A stretch of 64,000 nt of DNA from Owenia fusiformis (lineage: Eukaryota), in assembly GCA_903813345.2 (NCBI GenBank), contig CAIIXF020000001.1, positions 16,616,001 through 16,680,000 of the forward strand. Reading direction: 5' to 3'. The position numbers and the translations under genes were made by a program. This document shows, piece by piece, positions 23,096 to 36,900 of this stretch; the stretch's first letter is position 1; the number at the start of each line of letters is the position of its first letter. The notes beneath the pieces are model-generated. The model did no database searches. It had not been told where the DNA came from and saw only the letters and a program-made list of their open reading frames with translations.

Positions 23096-26000
23096 AGATT
23101 GACCGATGTTTTCATGCCGATTCATTCAGAAATTATTGAATTTGTTTTATGTTGTTCGTTTTATACTTTGTCTAAATCCTATGAATTTTATATTTCCTGA
23201 TATCTCCCTTCTTCGTAGACCAAATTCTTTCAAATTTCGTCAGGTTCATATTGATATCATATACCATCGAACGAAGGGAAGTTTTAGCAACATTATAGTG
23301 TAAAAATTGAGTTGTTTTGATTAGGTAAAGCCGTGATTTTATCGAGTTGAATTTGTCTAATTTCGCTGATGATCCTGCGTGAAAGGCAATATTATTGACC
23401 ATAATTTTCTCTGAACAACAGCCATGTTCACATCCGACATTTTACATGATACTAAGCTGGCGTTATAGCTTTCAAGACGGCTGCTCATCATCTAAAGAAG
23501 TTTGCACGATTTTAGAAGACATTTCATGTAACATTGGAGTTCTCACCTGAGACATTGAATTGTCATTTGTCAGGTATTTCAAAGGTGAATTTGGAATTGG
23601 AATCTTGGATGAATATTGGTTTATAACAAAGGAATCAGTTTCATTCTTGGCTTGTCTTTGGAGTAAGTATTAGTTTTTGGAATATTTCTATTGGGTTAGT
23701 GATGCATTATTTCATGTTCTGTGAGTACATTTTGTTTATGTGCTAAATGTACTTGCTGTACAGCTACTGTACATGTACTTTGAAGATTTGAACATGTATC
23801 AAGGAAAATGAAATAAAATGTTAATGCACTTTTGGTGTTTTGAAATATATCTAGGCCGTACTTTATAGAAATACGATAAGCATATATGATAATATATTAT
23901 CTCTTATTATGTTTTCATTTTTAATTAATCAGAACATAATATGAATGTAAAGGACAGCAATTGTAAGGTTATATTGTTTTACCTCTCGATCTAAACACAA
24001 AGTAAATCTGTTTCTGCTTTCATATTTCGATACTCATGTTTTTATACAATTCATAATTTACAATGTAATGTTTTTATCCCGTTTTTATTGATTGTATATT
24101 ATTATTTATTATAAATTTCGAATTATATATGGTTCTATTGGCATTTTACTACTGCTTAGAAGTGTTATGCTTTGACTTCATATTACCTTATCCTTTGCAA
24201 GATATATTTAAATTAGATGATACATGTATACTAACATTTATAACGCATATGTAACTAGCACTTTATTTGTAACGTATGCATTATCAGTTTTCAGTAGCTC
24301 GTTAAATAATGGTTTTCTGTTATTGGAGTCACTTTGGTACGAACAGTATTCACTTCATATAGGGGCACTGTGTATCCCCAACTGCTTTTGTCTTTCTCAG
24401 TAATATACAGCAAACATACTTTGTTTAAAAAACTGTTTGATTCAAATTTCAACTGCACATGTTTAGCCACACCTGCCGTAGTGTATCAATATGTATAAAC
24501 ACTGATGGCATATTATGCAAATTAACATTTTCGCTTTTAATGTATTTGAAAATACAATGTCAGCTTGATTTTAATTTTAAATCAGTGGCGTCATTGTGAA
24601 ATGAGCCGGAGATCAAGTTGAAAACAACTACTTATTGTATACCACTCACACATTTTGTATTCATGATTTTACAAGCATTGCAAAGAAATGGTAATAGATA
24701 TATAATACACAACTCACTTACTGTCAATAGTCTTGCAACAGATAATGGCAAATGTAAACCAAACATGATTATTCGGAATTGAATTTGTTAATGAATATAA
24801 GTTATGTGACACTTTTATATAAATCAGTATTTATGCATCTTGCATAATGGAAAATGACAGCCATTATCATCGGCTATCCATATGGTCCTAGGGGCATCAC
24901 ATTCTCCAGCTTCAGTTTACAGAATCAATTCTTGTTTGCTTATGATATTCTTGCTGAGTTCTGAACATAGCATTATAGACACACTTGGGTATCATTAAGT
25001 CAGCGTTTATATATATGGAAACCTTGAAAGCTTATTAAATGGCTTGGCATAGTGCAGCATATTATAACTGTATCGTTTCACTTCTTCATGGTATGCTAAG
25101 AAATAACTCTTGTAACTAAAGGAAATGTAAGACTCTTGTCTGTAATTATGCCAAAGTGGAGCTCATATTTTTAGTGTATGATATATTCGCCATGTTGCTT
25201 CTTATCATTCACAGGAGCGAAACACATGGCCTCTTACTCTTAAACTTCAATGAACTCTAAACCAGTTTCTCATTCTTGGAAACTTACATTTTTGGTTTTT
25301 GTAACTTATGTACTACATGTACTACAGTACCATATTTCTAGTTCTATATTCAGACCCTTTATGAATGTCCCTTATGGCTCTATGATATTATTGGGCTAGA
25401 TTGACTAGATCAGATGGTCCTGTGAAATATCAGGTCAAAAGTTGACATAAAGGAAAGAAATAAAATTATTCTTTGTCACACTGTTCATTATAGCCAAATA
25501 AGGAATTGGTTAATTGTCCAGGACATTTCAGCATTTCATAGGGCATTTATAGTCATTTGTGTTTGACTTTAACAATAGAAATTATAGGCAGATTTATTTT
25601 TGTTAAATCCCATTAAGCTCTTATTTCATTCATGTCTTGGTTTAACATTGGTAGATGCATTAAACTGGTTAAAGGGATAAATCTGTTCAGTTCGGGAGTA
25701 AATATCTAAGTAAGAGAACAGTATTGATATTTAACCCAAATGTATATGCACCTGTATACCTTACTGCTTGCAAGCTACTTCAGACACCTTACAAAAAGGT
25801 CACAAAAGATTTTGTTTAATATGGTAGACATTTCGTTTTGAAATAACTGTTTAACTGTCATGATTAAAAAAGTTTCAAAACTTGTTTTTAAAAAGTTGAG
25901 ATTTGATATGCTAACCTTAAACCCACTCTCCAATGTTTAGTAGCTTAAGATTTGCCTAGCACTGTGTCAAGATAAAAACTCTAGATGCATATTGTATTTA

Positions 26001-26137
26001 TTTAGAATAAGTAAGTGAATTACAGGATATGATTATAAAATCTGTATGTTTTATACTGAACTGCTTGTATGCATTACAATAAACATTTTACATCATATCA
26101 AACCTTTTACATCATATTAACATGAAATGGTAATAAA

Positions 26138-26655
26138 TAGGGATGGGACGGTTCGTTTCGGTTCGGTTCGGTTCGGTTTTTCGGATCATCAGCCGTCGGT
26201 TCGGTTTTTTCGGTTCGGTTCATTCATTTTAAGGATTTGTATTGATTGACATGATTTGTATCAATTATGCCACGTTATAACAATATTTTATAGATGGAAT
26301 TTTATGTTATAGTATTTCATGAACAATACATATTATTTAGAATACACGACTAAAGAATATAGTACCAGCAGGGACCACATGATTGATTACCGAGGGATAC
26401 GAATATGCGGATACGAAACGAATCTAGTAAACGAGTGAGTTAGCAACAGACAAGACAGACAAGGTAGAGACTAGGAATATCAAAAATGTTGCTGTAAAAC
26501 AGTGTTTTTAACTGTTTTATTGATACTTGACCAATGAAATATTAATCCGAAAACGATCCGAAAAGCTGATCCGAAAGTAGGGCTGTGATCCGAAAACCGA
26601 TCCGAAGGCTATGAACCGCGGTTTTTCGGTATTTCGGTTAACCGTCCCACCCCTA
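26138..26655. mobile_element. hAT-type MITE
   Basis: TIR tagggatgggacggtt / aaccgtcccaccccta. Perfect 8-bp TSD gtaataaa (26130-26137, 26656-26663). Subterminal (ggttc)n and (ga)tccgaa repeats. Confidence 0.88.
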
Positions 26656-27959
26656 GTAATAAAACAGATTCCTCTCTGGGCTATGATAACACACTCTGTA
26701 CTCAAAATCAGACCTGACCATATTTTCATTTATTTTTTATCAAATCAAAATCTAAGATGTCATACAGTATAGTAACACAATAACGATTTTGATGAAGATC
26801 TAGTTTGTTCTAAGAACATAGATTTATTTATTAATTATTACTTTTTAAGTTGATGGCATTTGATTTAAGGTCATAGGTCATTTTCTAAGCTAAATAATGT
26901 TTTGTTGTTTTGTTTGTAATGTTACCAGGGATTTTGATATTTTTTAAATGAGTAGTTGAAAGTGAAAAAGTTGATCAATGTTATATGATCGTGAAATTAT
27001 TTGAATATAATGATGATTTCAAATAGGTGGTGCTAATCTAAGCTAAGTGGTGCCAATTATATCAGAGTGGTAGTACAATAGTATCACCACTTAATATTGT
27101 CTCGTATTATGGAAAATACCATAACTTGCTATCTTATGATGATAATGTTATTTTTAACAATGACTGGATCAGAATGATCTTTGTATTGATTTGACTTTTA
27201 AACATGTTGATTCAATATCTCGATACCAGTGGCAATTTAGGTTGAAGTTATACTTGCTAAATGATTCATTGCCAGCTTTTTTTGTTTTAAGGAAGCTATT
27301 AGTTCATCTGTTTTATTTCTTATTCGTGGCATAATTCAGCTTATTTACAGCACAAATATTTTTGCTTTTCTCGTTTTAACTACATATTATGACTGACTAT
27401 TCTTTGACTTATTAAGTCCTCCCACTCTGAATTGTAAAATTTAAACCATTCTTATAGATTTTTATACAATTGATAAACCTATTATAGAAAGAGAAGTAGA
27501 AGTAGGATAAATCATGACACTTTAAAAGAGTATTTTTTAGAGTACATGTATGTTTGTTTTCCATCTTTAAAAAGAGCTTTTGTGGTAACATGCTGCAGTT
27601 AGGCTCTTGTTACCATAAGTATCACAGTTTAATACATGTAGATGAATCTCTCTTTTAAGAAGCTTATTAAAGCAACTGAACTATATATATTGGAAGGGTG
27701 CTCATTGACTTCATGCTATAGTAATATTGTTATATCTTTCATCTTCAGAGGTGGCCTAAAGCATTATACTATCATATTTCGAAACATCACAAAATTAAAG
27801 TATGTAAACATGTTTGTCAAATAATAAAATGGTACCATTGGAAAGAGAAATTCAAAAGTGAAGCAATTTAATCCAGAAGGGCCTTAAATAACAACACAGT
27901 ATTATATGTATACTATGTCATTTGTTTTTCAGCACTGGTTTGTAAAGTGACCGCCTAAC

Positions 27960-30900
27960 ATGGACAAGGGGGACCACCCCCCTACCAGCCCCACCCATGG
28001 TTCCCATGGTTACTTTGACCCTGCAAACCTTCTGGGTAAGTGAATTTCTTCTTTCTTGTACATTTTCTTGATTATTGTTTCAATTATGGTGATTTATAAT
28101 ATACCTATTGAGCAGTGTGAGTAATGAATTCGCAAGTACTTAGACAAAGAATCACCTCAGCTAGTACTTAATGATCAGTTGCAAATGTTGTAAGATAATT
28201 GTCTGAAATAATATATGAATTGATATGCTATGATATTATGGCCAGATAGTAGTGTCATAAACATAAAATCAGTTTCCTACAACTTGAAGTAAATTACATT
28301 CTTAATATAATTCTGTCCAGGCCACTAAGATGAAAGATCATAACAGGCATCTTCAGATTTACATTGATTAAATCCCAGATCTCATGTGTTAAATCTCAGA
28401 TCACATGAATTTAATTTCAGTTCACATGAATCAAGTCCCAGATTACATGAATCAAATCTCAAATCACATATATCAAATCCCAGATCATACTGATCAATAA
28501 AATACATGATCATTGTAATATTAGGATATTCGAGATAAAATCTTCTGGTTTCAAATTCATTAGTCCAAATATTCAAATGAAATCATGAATTCTTCTTTAT
28601 TGTCTAAGAATTGTAGCATTAGATTTTTAAAAGTATCTCTTTGATTTCAAAAGCTTATTCAGTTTTATTTTATATCAGTTTTTGCATGATGTTTGTCAGT
28701 TTCCTTTATATTAATTTGAAATTGATTTTTACATCTGCTCATCTGCTGTCTCATTCTATTCCTCGTTGTAATATAGATCTTCATGTTAAACTACTGTTTG
28801 AAATCATAACCCAAGCATCACTATATATCTATTCAATACAAATTGTTTTCTTCAAGCATCACCATATATCTATTCAATACAAATTGTTTTCTTCAAGCAT
28901 CACCATATATCTATTCAATATAAATTGTTTTCTTCAAGCATCACCATATATCTATTCAATACATATTGTTTTCTTCAAGCATCACCATATATCTATTCAA
29001 TACATATTGTTTTCTTCAAGCATCACCATATATCTATTCAATACAAATTGTTTTCTTCAAGCATCACCATATATCTATTCAATACAAATTGTTTTCTTCA
29101 AGCATCACCATATATCTATTCAATACAAATTGTTTTCTTCAAGCATCACCATATATCTATTCAATACAAATTGTTTTCTTCAAGCATCACCATATATCTA
29201 TTCAATCCAAATTGTTTTCTTCAAGCATCACCATATATCTATTCAATCCAAATTGTTTTCTTCAAGCATCACCATATATCTATTCAATACATATTGTTTT
29301 CTTCCTTATTATAGCACCACCACAAGTGGTGACATATTGTTATAGTCTCTTTTTGTGAACAGTTTTCGGCATTTGGTGTTTGGCAGTCACCGTTCAGCAA
29401 TTGATGTTTGTAACAAATATCAGGTGGGGTCATTTTGCATGTTAATGCCTTCTAATATATATTTTTATTGACTTATTGTATCAGTACATGATTATATCAA
29501 TCACATATCCATTATTGAGATTTATATATTTAAGTCATCAATCGCAATATTGGAATAAAAGGTCGGCCATCAGAAACATACTATGCATTAAAAATGAGTA
29601 AAATCCTTTATAAGATACAACATTATAAAATTAGTGCCTTTGCCTTCATCAATCCGTATCATGCTATCTTGATTAAAGCGCAGAATGAGGTGCTTATAAA
29701 TCATGGTATTATGACGATTCACTTCTTATTGTTTATAGCTCTCAATACTTCAGTAAAAATCCTGGTTTATAAAGTGAATCAATATACACGAAGGGATACT
29801 CTATGTCTACTTCCTATTACCTCTCAGTTAAAGATATTCTCATTTCAACTAGGCTCTGCTTAACTATGGGTTCAATCATATTACAGATATATGCAGAGAT
29901 AGAACATTTACAGGGACACAAGGAGGGTGATTAACAATGGGGTCTGAAAAGACTACACTGAAATCTTGGACTTTTTTTAATATTGTGCCTAATTTATGAA
30001 AATATGTGGATTTGAAAAGATAAGGCCTTCTTCCCATATTTTTTTTAAAATGAGGCCAAAATAGGACCCTAGGGCCAGATCGAGATCTTTTTTAGTGTTA
30101 TAGTAAAGATAAATGATAAATATGAATAATGTCAATAAGAATTGTTAACTTTTTAATTTTATCAAGAACTTCAATTATTTTTTTAATGTTTAATTAATAA
30201 CTACCTAAAGTTAGAATGACATACAGATACTTAAAACTGCTGTTTTGCATTGTGTATATGTTATAACAGTTTACACATCATTATTAGGTTAACAGATACA
30301 TAGCTCATAATTAGTAATGCAATCTGGAAGTAGCAGATAAAGTTTGAACACTTCCACTTATGTATATAGTGTATATTGAACGGATACAATCAAACTGTCG
30401 TCATATTGTTGAAATAATAGTCATTTCTTAATAAGGAAGTGATTTGCAGTCTGTTTTAATTATATTTGATCCTGTAACAAGAAGAAATGCTGTCAAGCTA
30501 CATGGCCGCAGGTAGAGAGTTTCGTTAAGTTTACAGGTTAACAATTTCCTATCCAGAGGTCGACAATTCCCCCAATCAACAGTCAGGAACATACAAGAGG
30601 TTAAGAAGTGCCAAATGGGAATTGCATATGAGAAAAATATAAATTGTTAGCTATTGAACAATGATAAGTGGAAGAGTTCCATGGCATGTGTAGCTACTAG
30701 CTAGCTATTACAAGTTGCTCCCTGTAGGTAAAAATCCATGTTTCAAAGGCTGTAAGATTTACTGATAAAGATGGTTAATATATGCAGTAGGTTTTGCTGG
30801 AAGACCTTACTTGAATGTATTAATAACACCAAGTTTATTTGATTGATTCCCCAGTTGTGCAGGGAAAGCTCTGGAAAAAGATATAGATTTTCTCTTGTGG

Positions 30901-33900
30901 TCTTTGTGATGGGATATTAGCTAGAGTCTGTGTAGGTTTATCTTAGCAAGGAGAAATGTAGTTACTTCCTTACAGTTATAGTAATCTGCTAGATCCGCAA
31001 TGCTTCACATGTTTCATTCCATGTTAATTAGCCAATTCTCTTTCGATCTTAAGGTTAATCTACATGGCGAAAATTTCATTGTAATTTTCATGATTATAAT
31101 TACAAATGATGAATGAAACAGGTGATATTTTTCGCATTTTTATGTGGAAAGTTACACACTGCTAGATTATATTGTTCAAAATCAAAATATTTCGATTAAA
31201 ACGTTCAAATGGCATTTCCTGAAAATATGTTATGAAAGTGCGAAACTACCTTAAAGTATTTGTATGTGGAGTAGGAATATTGTAATATCAATGTAAAGTG
31301 AATTCCAGCTCTCTTAGAAAACCAATATATGTCTTATACCAGCTTCCCATAACTCGATATGTCATATGACTGAAATGATTTCTTATAGCTAACGTGTCAT
31401 TAAAAGTGTTTGTTGTATGGTTTAAACAACTGATGTTGAGATGTAATTGTTAGTACAGTTTACAATGTCTGGCATCACTTTTTATGTCCTATTTGTTCTT
31501 GTCATTTGTTATGATCCCTAGTATTGACTTATTTAAGTAATAGATCAATTAAACAGTTATTTCACGTTACTGGAATATGCAGAATTTGTAACAAAAATAG
31601 AAAAAGATAATATTATACATGTTTGAAGTCTGAACATATACTGTTTATTTTTTATTCCTTGTATAGTTGTTATTCTGGTATTAGATTCTTTTTAAAAAAA
31701 ATAAAACATGTTTCAAAGTAGTTATTATTAATTGTTATATACATGCAATTAAGAAAACCTACTATGAGAACATTTTGATTAATTGGTAGTTGCAGCCTTA
31801 TGAATTTGAAATACTTGTACACGTACTTATTACCTCATCCATAATCTTTCTAAAGCATATTGCTATGCTTCTTTATTGTCATTCGGTTGAGGTCGAAGCT
31901 ATTGTGGTGAATTTAGCAAGTATATGATCAATGAAAGTGTTCAGGAGGCTCTACGTCAGCAGTCAATTGGCTTCTAATTATGCACCACACCGCAAAAACA
32001 TCTGTTCTTAACTGTTTGCTGTTTTCAGTATTTTCAACCAACTTGACATGAACATAATAATTAGCCAAGTCTTTGTTATAAAGTATAGCTGAGAATTGCA
32101 TCAATATGAGCATGCACTATCAATAAGTTATCACATCTATATGAAGAAATTATTATTGGGGCAATATTGTTTCTGCCGCCAAGATCGAGGCTTCTGGATT
32201 CTTAGCCAGAGTAAAAGCAAATATCAATAGTACAGTATTCATTTGTTTGTGTTCATTGTCTCCAACTGGGAAACTTTGATATGTTTATCTGGATTATCAG
32301 CCCAATTAAATTCACTCTGCACCTCGTACATATTTTAGTTTTACTCTCGATCCTGGAGGGAAACCAAAGTATGTGTCATATTCCTGTAATATTACAAGGA
32401 CATATACCCGAGTGCTATGCTGAACTTTAATTATACATATTCCAGTAAGTAAGTATGTAATAACTAGAAATCGCTCGAATCACATTCTTCTTCCAATTAA
32501 TTGTATAGGATTGCAATTCAAGGTATTGAAGGCAAGCGAGTTTGCTCTAAAGCGGAAAAATATTGACTGGTTTGATTAGAGTTATTACAGATGTAGATCT
32601 GAATCAGGGATGAGGGTTCCACCTGGAAATCTTGATATTACACGGTCAGATGCTGACCTAAATGTAACAAAAACTGGTGTTCCTTATATGTATTATATGT
32701 AAGGAGTAGGGATTTGAGGGATTAAAAAAAGAAATAATCACATGTTGATAACAGGAACATGTTTGTAGAACAAAATGAAGCTTTTGTCATTATTTATATA
32801 TTTACATCTTAAAAATCTTATTTTATACTGTTGTTCTTTTTCGTAGGATGTAGTGCTTTGATGTCTAATTTCAGCATGGTGGTTCTTATTGCAGCAGTTT
32901 CATATTGTGTAAAAAGCATTACACATTTTTATTATGCTAGTCTAGTATTTTGTATATGCATTGTTGGATAGATATTGTTCCCAAGACAGAAGACCCCAAT
33001 TCAATTTTGTCTTTAACAATGGGTATTAGGTTCCCTGTTTAGCTACATCTTGTTCTATCAAGGTATTACACTGGAGGAATACGCTGGTTTAACAGTATTG
33101 TTAGCTATGCATTTCTGGAGAATTTCACTTTGAAATATGTTTATTTGATGAAGAAAATTTAAAATCTGAATTTGGTGTTTTCTAGTTCATGAGTTTAGGA
33201 CAGAATTTCTAATTTGGTCTGTAATGTCTAGATGCATGTATACCATAGGATTTATTTTCATATCAATGTTGATTTTTTCAAGATGGTGCATTTTGGCTTA
33301 GTTTCATCTAATGTTTTTTGAAGATTCATCATTCTAAAAGAAATGAAACCTTGTTTCTGTGAAAATGCAAAAACAAGAAGGTGCCAGGCTCTGAGTTGAA
33401 ACCAGAAATTCTATCACCAAAACATTTCTGGCTGTTCTTATTAACACTTTATGAGATTTTTGTGAAAGCTGTTTTTAGATGTAACATACGGTACCATCAA
33501 TGTTGATCATTTTTTCTCTAAGATTATGGTCTCGCTTCACGATTTCTATCTCTAGTGTTGGAGAGATAGAGATGAGAAAGAGAATATGCTATGCTATATT
33601 ATCTCTAATCTCTATGGTATATCAATACTGAGCTAGTTGTTTACAAGAAGTTCCACCATCATTTAGCAGTAGAGGAAATACTAAAATACTGTTTCCAAGC
33701 TTTCCAATGTTAAGATGGTATTAATCTTTATTGTAGAACATAATCCAGGCTGACTCTATCTGGCTAGCTTAATCTCTGTGTTTGTGTGGTGGTAGCTTAG
33801 GAAATATCTTTATACGGGGCTGGCTCATTAGATCCTCCAAGAAACTCTTCTTCGTTTTTTAGAAAAATTCATTCCCTGAAAAAGAAAAAATGGCATGTTT

Positions 33901-36900
33901 CATGTAGTTCTTCAATTTTGGGATTTGGGAGTCATGTTGTTTCAGAATTTATTTTTTTATCTCTAATTGTCACTACAGGTCATTGCTCATAATATTTCCT
34001 TGTGCTTTGGGCAGGTGCATTGACTTTGAATCTATGTATTATGTATGTCATCAGGATGTATGTCTAAGTCAATTAATGAGCTAGATAATTTGTTCTATTT
34101 TAGCTACCTTTAATGTCGCTGGAGCAAGTGCATTATGGGATAGGCATGTTTTTGCTGACTATAAAACGGAGATATATGATGTCTTATTTGAATTAATTTC
34201 ACTGCACTTGGCCAGGGATGTGGGGGCATATCAGTCTTGATGCACAATTTAATTGAAATCGACTTAACATCAGACTCAAGTTTATACAGAATGTAACTAG
34301 CAGATTTGCCGTAAAGAATCCGTGTTAATCAAAATGTTGAAAAAAGATATAGCAAAATTAAGATTTGTTAGATCCCTGAATAAATTTTGAGTCAGTGTAA
34401 CCATTCCTTTTCCCCTTATTTGAGACATCTGCACTTTTGGATGTTTAGATTTTGTTTTCATGGTTGAGTCTTGTATCACACTCCTTATTCCCTTTTAAAT
34501 TAGGGAGACAAATATATAGTTAGATGATGATTCCAGAGATTTGATGCAAGACTTTATTCCCAGTCATACATTTATCATGTTTTTTCTAGAGAGGGTATAA
34601 TACATGACAACTAAAATGGCTTCTTTTCGTCACCATGACAACAGTCTTTTGATTTCAGCCAATAAAGACAACATGTCAGTTTTCCTGCCATGTCTTGTGA
34701 TAAATCAAATGAAGAAAATTTGACCTAATCTTGTATGGCTCAATTTACAGAATATTATAAAGCAATCTGATAGACTAATTCTCAGAACCAGTCCCCTGAA
34801 TATCCTGCAGTTCTAATCAATACACTGATGCTAACTAACTAACTTGTGCTATAGAACTAATCTATGCCAAATGAAATATGACAAGAAAGTAGAGGTCTAT
34901 TTCTATATTGATAATTTTTTAAGATACAACATTTTTCCAGTGTTACAAAAAACATATTTTATGTTGTTATTAGATAAAAACTTAAATGAAACTATATTTA
35001 GAACAGAAGTTAAATAGTATACGTACATATTAATTATCTATCCTTCATGTGGTTGGGATGAATTATAAAAGTACTTTAAGACCTTCATAGTATAATATGA
35101 TATCAAGTTTTGAGGTTATAAGACATGATAAAATGTTCTTGTTATATTCAAAAACAAGTCCATATACGCAGTTCAGTTTATGAAGGTTTTTGCACATATT
35201 TCTCTCTGTTGAGTCTGCTCTTTGACCCAAGCTGCCTAGATATAAAGTAGAAAGTAACTATTTAATACGAACTGCAAACTTGGTACAACTAGTTCATACT
35301 GATTCCGAGCAGATACAAATAAAACCATTCACAGCAGCATTGAGGGAAATTGATTCTTATAAATATCAGCTATCTTCTGCAGACCTTTGCACTCTGTGCC
35401 TACAAGAAACAATCATTGTTTTTTAGGCGATAGCTAATACTGCATACTGACACTTCCGCTAATATCAGTTCATATAAAAGATGCAACGATTAAAGTGAGT
35501 CTCAGATACATGTATATGCCATACAGTGAGGTAGAAGTACAAACATAGTAATTTGAGGACTATTACGAATATTAATATTATACTTCTCAGTTTGGCTGTG
35601 TCATATATAGCTAAAAGCTGCATTAGAATGACTTCAGCTTCCTAGTGATTTATGTGCTAAGAGAATAAAGATATAGATTATCAAACTTTAATATGAATCG
35701 TGAAATAGCGATCACAGATGAAGTGTTTTCCCTGATGTAATGGTAATCAATGTAGCTCTCCAAGCATTGTGCACGATATGCTATGTTGTTGTATATTCAC
35801 TTGTTATCTTATTGAAGAGGTTAACGCTAAACTATTTGTTAAACTGTAATATAGTAGCATAAAATACCTCTATTTAATATTTTCATATATCTGGAAATAT
35901 TCAAGTTGAAAGTAAAAACAGTGAAATACCAGCTCACCCTAGTATAGGTTGATATCTGTCTATATAACTGTGTTATTTAATCCTAGGTTAGATCAGTACA
36001 AACAGAAGCTTTTTCAATAAAGATAAATCTGCTATTTGGGTTCTGTTTACAAAATATTCTAATCCAAAGCCCATATTTATATTAATTAAAAGAGACATGA
36101 GAATCAAGGAGTCTCAAACTAATGTCATGGCAACCTACTGTCACTTGACCTTCAGTTTTACTCAGATTTATTCATTTCGAAACTCTAAAAATATTAACTC
36201 ATTTCAAATTTTGATAGAAACATATAAACAAAAGGGTTTTAAAATGAAACAGTTGCCACTCTTGGTCAAGCAATTTATGAGTTTGACAGCAATAATATTA
36301 AATGGCACTCACATTGGACACCTGTCTCTTATAGCATGAATGCTTGATGCATATACTGAAGTACACAGTATATTGTCAGTTATTTATCTGTGCATTAAAA
36401 CTCATGTCAATGGGGGTTAATAGCTTTGAAATATAAAAGGCAAAAAGTCAGGAAATAGGCAAATAATATTGATAGTTTCGAATAGATTGCCCTGAATTTA
36501 TAAAGATTCAAGAAAATCATGGGCTTCATCCTTTTAGACAAAATTGATGTGAAATCCTTAACAAGATAGTTCTATGTTTAACATACCTTTTGCTGAACAG
36601 AGATACATTTGTGTCTGGTGGTCCCAGAATATCTACCTCAAAAGTGAAATGAAAACACAGAAGGGACATAAAAGTAAGTCATGAAAAACAACAGTATGAC
36701 CAGATGTAAGGAATGTATGGGTCAAATCTCAAGTTAAATGAACTAAACCAGGTATTAGGCACAGAGTGTGAACTTGTCGTTTCTCGTGTTCGGGGAATTT
36801 AACTTCAAAGTGTTTGAATTAGAGGTGATCGCAGAAACAAATGTTTTGTATCTGTAGAGAGGATCTCATGTAGGATATCACCATGCTCTTTGATTTTGAA

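Noticed and set aside
28812-29304. CRISPR-like periodicity (also 59142-59641 and 60219-60433)
   Set aside because: Units are head-to-tail without unique spacers, there are no cas genes, and the context is eukaryotic intron.
28641-29358. Overlapping ORFs of 129-234 aa
   Set aside because: They are produced by a stop-free 41-bp minisatellite.
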